Part shown: positions 39,899 through 50,038 of the stretch, one piece after another
Layout of the letters: each line of letters starts with the position of its first letter
Position numbering within the stretch: the first letter of the stretch is position 1
Virus record (IMG/VR): IMGVR_UViG_3300035495_000309
Strand: one strand, 5' to 3'
Length of the DNA stretch: 64,000 nucleotides
From: an uncultured virus (IMG/VR IMGVR_UViG_3300035495_000309)
Lineage: Duplodnaviria; Heunggongvirae; Uroviricota; Caudoviricetes
The notes under the pieces: generated by a model
Databases searched by the model: none
Seen by the model: only the letters and a program-made list of their open reading frames with translations
What the model was told of the DNA's origin: nothing
Position numbers and translations under genes: made by a program

Positions 39899-42292
39899 TT
39901 AACCACGAATAATCGTAAATCCAGTTACGGTATCTCCCTTTGGTGTCTTTACCATCTTTTCAGCTTTTGCTACCCGTGTTGTCACTGGTACATCCTTAAG
40001 CTTCACTTCAACTGGTTCAGACTTTCTCCGGTAAACCTTTACCGTATCTTTCTTCGATACAAAACTTACACCAACCAGGTACTCGTTTGCATCCAATCCA
40101 ATTAATGATAACGGTTCATCCCTTCGATTCATAAGTGGAAGTAACTTTCCTTCAGTCATCTTCATTCTTCCTGCAGATGTGATGTAAAGCAACTTATCAC
40201 ACCCTTTCTCCAAGAAGTCAATTCCAACAACCTTTTCATTTGCACGCAAAGTAATTAAGCTTAATCCTTTTGCATCCTTGCTTTGTCTCTTGATATCTCC
40301 AGCTTTCAAACGGATTCCATCACCAAAGTTTGTATAGATGATAAACTCCTCATCTCCTGCCGGAATTGCTGCAACCAAAGAATCTCCATCATTTAATGTA
40401 ATGGATTCCTTAAAATCTTTGATCTTTGCAAACTCAGACATCTTGACACGTTTACCAATACCATTTGCGGTAACCAGAATGATATCTTCTGTTGATTCCA
40501 TCATGTCATGCTCGTTTATGATTGCAATTGGTTCTCCAGTTGCTTTGAAGTATCTGGATAACTCAATTCCTGGATCATCTTTATCCATTACTGGAATTGA
40601 TGATACACCGACACGACTAATTCTTCCTGAAGAATCGAAGATCAACAAGTTATCTCTGTTTGAAATCACTGTAACGATTACCTGAGAAGTCTTTCCTACA
40701 GTTCCAATGGATGGAGATCCTGTAATGTCAAGCTTCTTGATATATCCATCTTTACTGATTCCAATCAGATGTTTTGTATTCGGAATCTTCTCTTTTACCT
40801 TTCCAGCTTTGATCACCTGGGATCTTCTCGGACCACAGAAAAGTTTGATTGCTTCTTCTAATTGTCCGATGATGACTTCATCAACAGCAGCGTCATCTTC
40901 CAGAATCTCTGTGAACTCTTTGATGTTTGCTTCGAGCTCTTTCTTACGCTCTTTGTATCCAGCATAGGCATCCTTGGAATACTGGTAAGTACGCATTGCC
41001 GCAAGAGTCTTTGCCTGAAGTGATGTGATTCCGTACTCTTTCATGAAGTTCTTTTCCATGTCTTCTCGGTTTCTTGCACTCTTTGCAATCTTGATTGTCT
41101 TAGAGATATTCTCTCCATTGAATACAAACAAGAAGACTTCGTTCATATGATGTTCGGATAATGCATCCATGAGCTTCTTATTGTAGATTGCCCTGACACA
41201 TTCTCTCCGGTACTCAATCCACTCCAAAAGAAGTGCCTTTGTACCAAATACTTTTGACTGAAGATCTTCGATACAACGAATCTCTACTGCATAAGACTTC
41301 TTTAAGTTCGTACGCTTCTTCATAAGCTTTTCAACGAACTCATCTGGATTCTCATCCTTCTTAAGTAAGAACTTAAGCTCTACTCTGTCTTCTGCGGTAT
41401 TATCGTGAATATCAATCAGTCCGTCCAAATCTCCATTCTTTGCTTTTCTTGCATCTACCACAGCTTTGATGACCTGCTCTACAGAAATCTGAAGCGGTAA
41501 AGATGTTACAGTGATGACATTTTCAATGTAGTCAATCTCATAAGTTGCCTGCATTGTTAATGTGACATCATCACCAAACTCATTCAATGCTTCAAAGTTT
41601 CCAGTATCTACAATATCACATCCTGTCGGAGAATCCGGAATCAGAAGAATCTTTGCGTTTGGATCTTTGATTAGCTTGATCGTTGCTTTACAGACTTCCG
41701 TCGGATTAAACGGTGGAATATTTGTTGCAAGTCCAATGCCAATTCCTGAGAACTGTGGATTACAAAGGATCGTTGGAATACGAGCAGGTAAGTAATCCGG
41801 CTCTACACTATCTCCATCATAAGTAGGTCTCATTGGGACATTGGAATCTTTCAGATCACTGAAGAAGATCCAGTTTGCAGCTCTACTCAATCTTACCTCA
41901 GGATAACGTGGATGTGCCGGAGCATCGCCTCGTACATTTCCAAAGTTTCCCTGCGGGTCTACATACATGATATTCTGTGCCCAACTTGAGCCCATGTTAT
42001 AAATTGTATCTGATACTGACGTATCTCCATGAGGATGAAACGCAATTGTATCAGCGGAAGCTCTCGCTACCTTTCGAAACACCAGACCATGATTCGGATT
42101 TGTATGAAGTGCATATAATGCTCTTCTTGCTACTGGTTTTAATCCATCAATCATATTTGGTGACATTCTTGCAATATTTACATTTGCACCAAATATAAGA
42201 AGCCACTCTTCTGAAATGTCTGCGACATTCCGTTCGTTTGCTTCTTTATGCTTCATATTTGCAACGTCTTTATTTACTTTTTTCTTCGCCAT
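39899..42292 (-). CDS. gyrA: DNA gyrase/topoisomerase II subunit A
   Basis: DGLKPVARR, FHPHGD, QGNFG, catalytic PRY, GIGIGLATNIPP, C-terminal pinwheel-like repeats. Confidence 0.95.
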   Translation of the reverse strand: MAKKKVNKDVANMKHKEANERNVADISEEWLLIFGANVNIARMSPNMIDGLKPVARRALYALHTNPNHGLVFRKVARASADTIAFHPHGDTSVSDTIYNMGSSWAQNIMYVDPQGNFGNVRGDAPAHPRYPEVRLSRAANWIFFSDLKDSNVPMRPTYDGDSVEPDYLPARIPTILCNPQFSGIGIGLATNIPPFNPTEVCKATIKLIKDPNAKILLIPDSPTGCDIVDTGNFEALNEFGDDVTLTMQATYEIDYIENVITVTSLPLQISVEQVIKAVVDARKAKNGDLDGLIDIHDNTAEDRVELKFLLKKDENPDEFVEKLMKKRTNLKKSYAVEIRCIEDLQSKVFGTKALLLEWIEYRRECVRAIYNKKLMDALSEHHMNEVFLFVFNGENISKTIKIAKSARNREDMEKNFMKEYGITSLQAKTLAAMRTYQYSKDAYAGYKERKKELEANIKEFTEILEDDAAVDEVIIGQLEEAIKLFCGPRRSQVIKAGKVKEKIPNTKHLIGISKDGYIKKLDITGSPSIGTVGKTSQVIVTVISNRDNLLIFDSSGRISRVGVSSIPVMDKDDPGIELSRYFKATGEPIAIINEHDMMESTEDIILVTANGIGKRVKMSEFAKIKDFKESITLNDGDSLVAAIPAGDEEFIIYTNFGDGIRLKAGDIKRQSKDAKGLSLITLRANEKVVGIDFLEKGCDKLLYITSAGRMKMTEGKLLPLMNRRDEPLSLIGLDANEYLVGVSFVSKKDTVKVYRRKSEPVEVKLKDVPVTTRVAKAEKMVKTPKGDTVTGFTIIRG

Positions 42293-42307
42293 TTTTCAAT
42301 CACCTCC

Positions 42308-42706
42308 CTAACGAAGCGGCATGTCAGAATGATCTGATAAATGATCAATCTTCAAGTCATCTTTTATACCTTTTGCAACACAGACGATGATTGTAGAATA
42401 CCCTTCGTATCCACCATCTTCTCCTGCTCTAGTAGATAATGTATAAATCAAAAATGCATCCATTGGCCCTTTCGGGAAGTTATCGATTGCATACTGTGGA
42501 TACAACGTCAAGTCTGTATCTACACGTAAATATTTCTTTGGAACAATAATCTTCGGATCGTCTGCTTTACGATCTGTGTCATATTGTAATGGTTCCAAGC
42601 TCCCAGAGGGGTCATGATAAATGACCCCTAATTTAATCTGAGAATTCGTGGGAGCGAGATAAAGTCTATGAAGTATTATAAGTTGTTCTCTTGTATATCT
42701 TGCCAT
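42308..42706 (-). CDS. Hypothetical protein between gyrB and gyrA
   Basis: SD gggaggtg before ATG 42706. Confidence 0.7.
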   Translation of the reverse strand: MARYTREQLIILHRLYLAPTNSQIKLGVIYHDPSGSLEPLQYDTDRKADDPKIIVPKKYLRVDTDLTLYPQYAIDNFPKGPMDAFLIYTLSTRAGEDGGYEGYSTIIVCVAKGIKDDLKIDHLSDHSDMPLR

Positions 42707-42720
42707 TTTAAACACCTCCC

Positions 42721-43628
42721 TTAATTATCAAGATCATCACGACGAATCTTATATCCTTCAAACATCGCTTTTCGTTGTTTCTGATAAGCTGGTTTGTCGG
42801 ACTTTAACTTGTTAAAGATCTCGATATCTCGTTCGATGTCTCCAAATGTAAGTCTTACTAAACTACGCTTCTCCGGATTTAATGTAGTATCCCAAAGCTG
42901 ATCTGCATCGGCCTCTCCTAATCCTTTGAAACGTGTCATAATCTTTGGTGTAAGTCTTGATGTTCTGTCTAAGAACTCCATAATGGTAAGCTTCTGCTCT
43001 TCCGCATCTTTCTCTTTACTGAAGACTTCATAACCATATTTCTGTACAACTGGTACAAGGTCATTGATCTTATTAACAAATCTCTGATTGATGTGGAGAC
43101 GAACAACGCCACCATTTACAACACCTTTGATTACATTCTTCTCCAGATTTACTTCTGGATATTTCTTCTGTACAAACTTCATGAAATCACGAACAAATCC
43201 AGACTCACTTAACTTCTTCTCAATGAGAAGATGACTTGTTGTATTCGTTCCAGGAACTACCATCTTCTTTTCGGTAATACCACCAAAGATAACGAGTCCT
43301 GCAATCACAACTTCAATGAGTCCACGATCAATCTTATAGAAATCATAAAGCTCTTTAATTGTGGAAAGATAGTCAATTGTGTCATAAAGGAACTGCCACA
43401 AATCTGACTTATTCATATAATCAGACTTCGGGTAATTAAGGCGTACCTTATAGAACTTGACAATCTTCTTCATACAGATTTCCGCAAGCTCCATTCTATT
43501 ACCAATAAACGGATGCTCAGTATCTGCAATTCTGTAAAGAGGAGGGTATACCTTATACAGGAATCCCTGCTCGACTATTTCTGGCATATACCGAACATGA
43601 AATCCGGCAATACCAACTCCAATACCAT
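42721..43628 (-). CDS. gyrB: DNA gyrase subunit B, exon 3
   Basis: (Y)GIGVGIAGFHVRYMPEIV...PPLY...RFKGLGE...LWDTTLNP. Confidence 0.9.
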
Positions 43629-44076
43629 CACTTGTGTTAATCTTAATATCTCTATTAAGGTCAGACTATATCTTCATTTACTATATCCTGTTACCAGATA
43701 TAATAAAGCTTGCTGTTTCGGTTTGTTTCAACCTACCTTTCGCCTGCTATCTTAGGCCTACTCGCTTCGTGTAAGTATTTCAACTTACCTTATTTTCAAA
43801 CCAGCTACAAATGTATTTAGAGATTTCTCTCATCCTGGTTGTCTAGCTTTCCCTAGTCGTTGAAGTCATATCTCATCATTGTGAGATGTTTCCTTGCGTC
43901 GATTATCTGTATCTTCAACCTTGATTACCATATCTCCGGAGTTACCCTTTGCCCTTGGACTGTCACCATTCCAAGTTGGTAGTTGAAGCTTAACCAGCAC
44001 ATCTTAGATGCGTTTACCTGTCACGGTAAAATTTCCCCGCAGTTAAGCAAGTTTTAGACGAACTATGGTCTCCAGA
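43629..44076 (-). mobile_element. Group I intron gyrB-I2 (448 nt, ORF-less)
   Basis: P1 gacggaT/Gttcgtc; P10 accat/atggt; full core; P9 cttaata-gaga-tattaag; splicing restores DADIDG-YGIG...RYMP. Confidence 0.9.
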
Positions 44077-45332
44077 ATCCGTCGATATCCGCGTCAGTGG
44101 ATATAATTATCTTGTTATAATACAGACGTCGGATATCAAATGACTGCCCAATTCCAGTATGAAGAACTCTGACGTATTGCTTCCACTCTCCATTCTCCAT
44201 AATCTCTGGAAGTGATTTCTTAAAAGCATTTGCAGTAACTCCACGGAAACCAAAGATTGCCTGAGTAGCTGCATCTCTACCATTAACCATGGAACCTGCA
44301 GCTGACTTTCGTCCCTCAATGAGGAACAACTCTTTGTACTTGTTTCCGGTGTTGTTGCACTTGATAAAGTTCGCTAACTCGTACTCTGCAAACGTATCTA
44401 CTTTCTTCGATACATTTACTGACTTTGCTTTCTGTAACTCTATTCTTGCTTTTGCATTTGCTTTTACTACTTTAATGATTGCCTGTAATCTTGCCTGATC
44501 ATTTGCAAAGAAGTCTGTTAATGCTTTCGATGTCATATCTTTAAGAACTGGTCGTAAGTTCTCATTCTGGATACGATTCTTTGCATTACCCATGAATTGT
44601 ACCTGGGCATTTGTAGACAGATTTACTACAAGCTTTAATCCAGCTTTTACATCCTGGAATAAGATGGGTGTCTTTGCTCTTTGTGCTTCTGATAAGGAAT
44701 CTCTTGTTTGCTGCTGGAAATACCGGCAGATGACTTCCTCTACAGATTCAACATGAACACCACCATCATCAGTTTGTGTGAAGTTACAAAAAGACCTTTC
44801 GTCTACTTCCATTCCCTCATCATAAGCGAATGCAAATGAAAGACTTACCTGCTTTTTCATCTTTTCTTTCTTCGTCTTGACTTTTCCATTGTCATCAACG
44901 ATGTTTCGTTTAATCTCCTCTACGATATTCTCTTTCGCAGATAAAGAGATTGGTTGTACAATGAGATCCTTTGGATTTTGGATATAAGAGAAAATCATAT
45001 CCGAAAAATCTTTTCTCTTAATGGTTTCCTTCTTAATAATCTTAAGACCTTCCCATTCCTCCAAATGGAACTCAATATTGTAATCAAGCTGGTAACTCAT
45101 AAGAGTAACCCACTCTCTTACTTTGTCAAAAGGAAGATGACTTCCAGCACCAAGATATATAGGATTCGAAATGAATGATACGATGGTACCATGTTTCTTT
45201 CCTTTCTTAGTTGGGATTCCTTTGGTATCTCCTACCTTCTGACCATCTTTAAACTCAATCTTATGATAGTAATCACCACGATAAGTTTCAAGTGAGAAAT
45301 AGCTACTAAGTGCGTTTGTAACAGTGATGCCG
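44077..45332 (-). CDS. gyrB: DNA gyrase subunit B, exon 2
   Basis: GITVTNALS, GGVH, ELFLIEGRKSAAG, TDADIDG. Confidence 0.92.
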
Positions 45333-46523
45333 CTCCTATTTCTAGGATAGACTATATCATCAATTATATATCCTATTACCAGATATATCATTGCCTCCCG
45401 TTTGGGCATATTTCAGCCTACATTTCGCTCTATTATTGAGCCTACTTGCTTCGTGTAGATATTTCAATCTACCTTATTTTCAACCAGCCTACAAATTGTA
45501 TTTAGAGATTTCTCTCAATGCTGATATCTAGCTTTCCCTAGTCGTTGAACACAACAGAAATAATTATCAGCGATTTACAGATTGCATGGATTTATGATTT
45601 ATATTTTTCATATCAATCACCTTTCCTTTAGAACTTATATTCTTTACTGATGCTTACCCAAGTTTTTCTTTGTTTGATAGAGTAAATTATCGTCATAGAT
45701 ATCCCTAGCTTTTTCGAAATTTCTTTAGCTGTTTTCCCTTTCTCCAACAACTTACAAATTTTCTTTACCTCCTTTACAGAGACTTTAGCCATAGGATTTT
45801 CTTCACCTATCAACGCTCTTGTATCATTATCTCTTGGAAAATAGTACTCCTTAGAAACACTCTTCCAAATCGTACCATTTTTAATTTTAGAGATATATGA
45901 TTGATTGACTTGCATCTTCTTTGATATTTTTCCAACTCGAACTTCATTTTGAAGCATTTCACAAATCTCACGTACAATCTTCTCATCTTTCAGGTTTCCT
46001 TTCCTCAAATGAGTCCTATACGCATGATGTGTATTTTCTGCTGATGTTGACCAAGTCAGATTATGAATGTCTGGATTATCCTTATTTCCATCTTCATGAT
46101 TTACTTCAGGATAATTATTAGGATTTGGAATAAATGCCTCGGCAACGAGTCTATGGACTTTCCTTGTATATTTCTTTCCATTAAAAGTAAGAGATACAAT
46201 CCTGTATCCATTTTTATCCAAACCACCAGCCATCTTCTTTCCAGTTTCTGCAATAAATACATAACCGGGAGATGCAATCTTGTATTTAGTTTTACATCCG
46301 TTAATATAAATCCATGCTTCTTTGTAATCTAATACTATACTCATAATTTTTCTGTCTTCGTTGCGTCGATTGATCCAACTTCAACCTTGATTACCATATC
46401 TCCGGAGTTACCCTTTGCCCCAAGAATGTCACCACTCTCGGTTGGTAGTTGAAGCTTACGGATTCGTCCCCGCAATTAGAGAGGTTTTGGCATATGCTTT
46501 TCAGCATAAGGGTGCCTGTGTTA
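45333..46523 (-). mobile_element. Group I intron gyrB-I1 (1191 nt) carrying an HNH endonuclease
   Basis: P1 ggtgT/Gcacc; full core; P9 tccta-gaaa-tagga then terminal G; splicing restores SGEFGV-GITVTNALS. Confidence 0.9.
45628..46344 (-). CDS. Intron-encoded HNH homing endonuclease
   Basis: VHRLVAEAFIPNP...VNHEDGNKDNPDIHNLTW; two C-terminal HTH-like repeats. Confidence 0.9.
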   Translation of the reverse strand: MSIVLDYKEAWIYINGCKTKYKIASPGYVFIAETGKKMAGGLDKNGYRIVSLTFNGKKYTRKVHRLVAEAFIPNPNNYPEVNHEDGNKDNPDIHNLTWSTSAENTHHAYRTHLRKGNLKDEKIVREICEMLQNEVRVGKISKKMQVNQSYISKIKNGTIWKSVSKEYYFPRDNDTRALIGEENPMAKVSVKEVKKICKLLEKGKTAKEISKKLGISMTIIYSIKQRKTWVSISKEYKF

Positions 46524-46891
46524 ACACCGAACTCACCACTGCTTGCACCACCCTGATCACGGAAGAATTTACTTCCAGATTGCAGTTTGGTACATACTAT
46601 ATCGATCGGATAATCCTCTTCTGGGATTCCACGACCGTTATCTTCAATCGTTACTTTATCAGCCAGCCTGTCATAGCTGATATTAATTAAGAATTTCTTA
46701 TCTTCTCCAATAGACTTTAAGTATTCCCAGCATTTCGGATCAATGCCTTCATCAATGGCATTTTGTGCTCCCTCTTTGAATAAGTGGAAAACACCCAAAT
46801 CTCCGAATTTCTGTAGATATAAATTCGTCTTTGTTTGTATCTTTTTCATGTCATCTTCGATATACATGACACGAACGTCTTTATTCGACAT
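46524..46891 (-). CDS. gyrB: DNA gyrase subunit B, exon 1 (spliced product 843 aa)
   Basis: E..QNAIDE, DNGRGIP, SGSKF (GHKL ATPase); AACA-N6-TG at 46924-46935. Confidence 0.92.
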
Positions 46892-47047
46892 AACTCCTTA
46901 AAAACTCCTTTCTTTTTCTTCTACAAAATATTGTTGTTTGGTATTTTACTTATTATGTGGACACCTACCAACATACAAAAAAATTAAGGAGTAAGAAGGA
47001 GAGACGACTTTTGTATATCGTCTCTCCACATTCCTTACCGGAACATC

Positions 47048-47569
47048 TTATGAATACCAGGTGCCAAGCGCCTTCTGATTCTTCTTGTTCTTCTTCTTTT
47101 TCTTCTTTCTGTCGGCTTTCTCCGCGATCGCTCTCATAGACTTGTAAACCTTCGGGAACTGGTTTGTCTGGAATGAAAGCGTTGTCAGGAAGTTTGTTGT
47201 CTCACGATCTGCACCGATTGCACAAGAGATCATCTTACCCTGGCTGATTGCCTCGGTCATATCCTCTGTTCTCTCCTGTACATCATCCAGGAATCTGGTC
47301 GGGAACTTACGTCCACAAATCGGGCACTTTCCGATCTTGCCGTTATCGGAATACTCGAAAATCGGCTTCAGATTACCCTTCTTATCGATGATGTGATGAC
47401 GGCACATCTCACGCGCGATTCTCTTCTCCTGCTTTGATCCAGTAAGCTTATACTTACCATTCTTCTTTACCACCATTCCGGTGATAAACTGCTCCGGTGT
47501 CTTATTACCGGTGGTTCTCATTAAGTCCTTTGTGGTAATGAGTTTTCTGTTGTTCTTGTTACTTGACAT
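47048..47569 (-). CDS. Basic Zn-ribbon protein
   Basis: CRH...CPICG; poly-Lys C-terminus. Confidence 0.75.
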   Translation of the reverse strand: MSSNKNNRKLITTKDLMRTTGNKTPEQFITGMVVKKNGKYKLTGSKQEKRIAREMCRHHIIDKKGNLKPIFEYSDNGKIGKCPICGRKFPTRFLDDVQERTEDMTEAISQGKMISCAIGADRETTNFLTTLSFQTNQFPKVYKSMRAIAEKADRKKKKKKNKKNQKALGTWYS

Positions 47570-47608
47570 AAAACTGTCTCCTTTCTTGTTTTACCTTATG
47601 CATCTAAA

Positions 47609-47634
47609 TAGATAATATATAAGTAAACTTCAAG
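47609..47634 (-). promoter_or_regulatory. Early-type phage promoter
   Basis: CTTGAAGTTTACTTATATATTATCTA. Confidence 0.7.
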
Positions 47635-47649
47635 TTGATTTCTTGATGC

Positions 47650-48639
47650 TTACAGGTATTTCTCTGAATCCGGATTCTTTGCCTTGATATCCTTGATGAT
47701 TCTGGACACGGTCGGATAATCCTCTTCTGGTAAAGATGATAAGAAATATCTTCTGTTTCCATCCTTGCCGTTTGCTGCGTCTTTCTTTCTGATTCTTACG
47801 TAATTATTGATAATGGTGCGGATCTCATTGTCATCCATATCTTCCATGGTATCAAAGATCCACTCATTCGTATCAACGAAGAACTTCATCTGATTGTCAT
47901 TGAAGCCTTTCGTCTTATCCTTGCGCTCCTGTAATGCATAACCGATGACGATGCTGTAATCATTCGTATCAACAATTGCTTTCATGATAGTCGGAACGTC
48001 GATTGCAACATTATTTTCTGCATACATGTAGAGCACATCGAAGATCTGTTTTGCTCTTGTATAACGGTTATACTTAAGAGCATCTTTCTCCGGCATTACG
48101 AGTAATAAATCGAATGCCATATTTTCCGGAATATCTTTCTTTGCAAGCTTCTTAATCTTCTTCTTTAAGATAAGCTCAGCCAGCTCACAAATGATCTCTA
48201 CCGGAACCGGAGTCTCACCTTCCGGAAGGTTCGCATTAAACTTTGCGGAATCTGCCAAAATCTCTCTTAAGAGAATCGGCAGGTAATTCAAATTGGTGAT
48301 CATATCACCATCGCCGTTCTTAATCGTCTTGATGATTTTCTTTACCAACTTCTCATCACGATCAACGAACTGTGCATAGGACAAGTTCTTGTACTCCTGC
48401 ACTTTTTGATCCGGATTATTTCCGAATCTACACAGAAAGTCAATTGTTGGTCCTAAGCAGATTAACTTGTCCTCCCAATAATACTGCTTTTCTTCTTTCT
48501 TACTATACGTGCCTTTAACACGCTTATGATATGCTTCGCGGTCCCAAGTGGCGAAGCTCTTTACCTCATCGGGAAACATAATGGAACGGTTATTGTTGTT
48601 ACCGCTGTCCCGATTATTGTTGTTTCTGTTTCGTGACAT
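47650..48639 (-). CDS. Hypothetical helical protein
   Basis: 329 aa, SD aaggagg. Confidence 0.8.
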   Translation of the reverse strand: MSRNRNNNNRDSGNNNNRSIMFPDEVKSFATWDREAYHKRVKGTYSKKEEKQYYWEDKLICLGPTIDFLCRFGNNPDQKVQEYKNLSYAQFVDRDEKLVKKIIKTIKNGDGDMITNLNYLPILLREILADSAKFNANLPEGETPVPVEIICELAELILKKKIKKLAKKDIPENMAFDLLLVMPEKDALKYNRYTRAKQIFDVLYMYAENNVAIDVPTIMKAIVDTNDYSIVIGYALQERKDKTKGFNDNQMKFFVDTNEWIFDTMEDMDDNEIRTIINNYVRIRKKDAANGKDGNRRYFLSSLPEEDYPTVSRIIKDIKAKNPDSEKYL

Positions 48640-48712
48640 TTATAGTTCCTCCTTTTCTTAGCTTAGTGTGGGAAGACAGATAATTTTTTATACCTGTCTT
48701 CCCTCTCCTGGA

Positions 48713-49873
48713 TTAAATCCCGAACTTCGCAAAGGTATCCTTGAGGTTTACCGTCTCGTTGTCACTTGCGTTACGGACTGACCTCTTTTCATTTACCTTT
48801 TCCATTGCTTCATTGTCGAGATTGGTTGAACGTCTTGCACGTTCTCTCTCTTCCTGCTCGCGGGTAATCTCATCAATACGGTCGTTGATCTTATCAACGC
48901 GATCACTGATCGGTGAAAGACCTGCAAGAACTAAAGATACGTTGTTCGGATAATCGCGGTTCTCATTCACTGCAATGTGTAAGAACTCTTCAACTGGCTC
49001 ACCAACAAACTCCTTTATATGAGAGATATGACTGTCAAACATGCCGTTTAACTTGTCATTTAAGTTGGTGATACAAGCACTTCTTGTAACGATTCCGTCA
49101 CGCTGCAGCTCTGCATGTGCATTCTTCTTTAACTTGTCGATGAGGGCATCTTCGATTGTCATCTCATCCAAGTCTTTCTCCTTGATATCAAGAAGAGATG
49201 CAACCGCGATACGCCCCGGTGTTCCGTTCACCATCTTCATATCTTTCCCATCAATGGAATCGAATGGCGTCGGACTGTTGTAGAAGCACTCCAGAACTTT
49301 GATGTCTGATACAACTTCCTGATTCACTTTCTGGAGTACGACATAAGCGGTCTCCTTGGAATAGTTGTTGTTATCGTACAACATGTAGGTCGGATTCTCC
49401 AGAACCTCAAAGAGTTCATGTAAGTACTCCTTGGTATTTGTCTGTGTAGACAAACCCTCAGAAAGCTTCGGAAGCACACCGATAAGAATTACCGGCTTCT
49501 CGGTTCCATCCGGATTACGGAATGCGGAACGTACAATGTCTGACATAATCGGAGCTGTACCCGATCCGGTTCCACCACCAGTAGATGAGATGATGAAAAT
49601 CTGATCCTTCCCCATCAGGGTTTCCTTAAACGTCGGGTCTGCAACGATTGATGTGATAGAATCCTTTAAGAACTTCTTTGCCTCTGAACGATTCTTTCCG
49701 GAACCCTCCTTATCACCGATTACATAGCTTTTCTCACGTACCTCCTCCGGTAACGTCGCTAAATCGTCTTCGCTTGTGTTGATTGCAATCACGTCAACAT
49801 CAAGCTCTTTCTTTGCAAGTGCGGCAATTTGATTACCGCAGTTTCCAATACCAATTATACAGGTCGTTAACAT
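48713..49873 (-). CDS. Tubulin/FtsZ-family GTPase (PhuZ/TubZ-like)
   Basis: IIGIGNCGNQ, AINTS..D, GSGKNR, GGGTGSG, T7-loop IDGKD, coiled C-tail; ATG 49873 after SD aaggagg. Confidence 0.92.
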   Translation of the reverse strand: MLTTCIIGIGNCGNQIAALAKKELDVDVIAINTSEDDLATLPEEVREKSYVIGDKEGSGKNRSEAKKFLKDSITSIVADPTFKETLMGKDQIFIISSTGGGTGSGTAPIMSDIVRSAFRNPDGTEKPVILIGVLPKLSEGLSTQTNTKEYLHELFEVLENPTYMLYDNNNYSKETAYVVLQKVNQEVVSDIKVLECFYNSPTPFDSIDGKDMKMVNGTPGRIAVASLLDIKEKDLDEMTIEDALIDKLKKNAHAELQRDGIVTRSACITNLNDKLNGMFDSHISHIKEFVGEPVEEFLHIAVNENRDYPNNVSLVLAGLSPISDRVDKINDRIDEITREQEERERARRSTNLDNEAMEKVNEKRSVRNASDNETVNLKDTFAKFGI

Positions 49874-49928
49874 AGTTCTTTTCCTCCTTATTCTCTCTTG
49901 CAAAAAATTCATTTTACTTCTATGCAAG

Positions 49929-49954
49929 AAGATGATATATAAGTCAAATTTAAG
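49929..49954 (-). promoter_or_regulatory. Early-type phage promoter for the tubulin gene
   Basis: CTTAAATTTGACTTATATATCATCTT. Confidence 0.7.
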
Positions 49955-50038
49955 TTGATTATTCGTCTGTTGGAATGTGCTTGGTTTTGTATTGCGCTTG
50001 AATGAGGAGATGACTTTTATAATCATCTCCTCAATATT

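Noticed and set aside
6606..46420. 38-nt exact repeat as a CRISPR repeat or DGR template/variable repeat
   Set aside because: Copies are dispersed inside intron cores; no spacer array, cas gene, reverse transcriptase or adenine-specific variation.
5123..46891. Stop-codon reassignment or inteins explaining fragmented dnaB/terL/gyrB
   Set aside because: Fragments change frame and rejoin exactly at group I splice sites; other long genes are intact in the standard code, and TAA, TAG and TGA all serve as stops.
48713..50026. Host ftsZ, with gyrAB and rpoC, implying a bacterial chromosome
   Set aside because: All are highly divergent, beta-prime is split, and the context is portal, terminase and baseplate genes. 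The 51-aa N-terminal extension in the ORF track overlaps the promoter and is not real.
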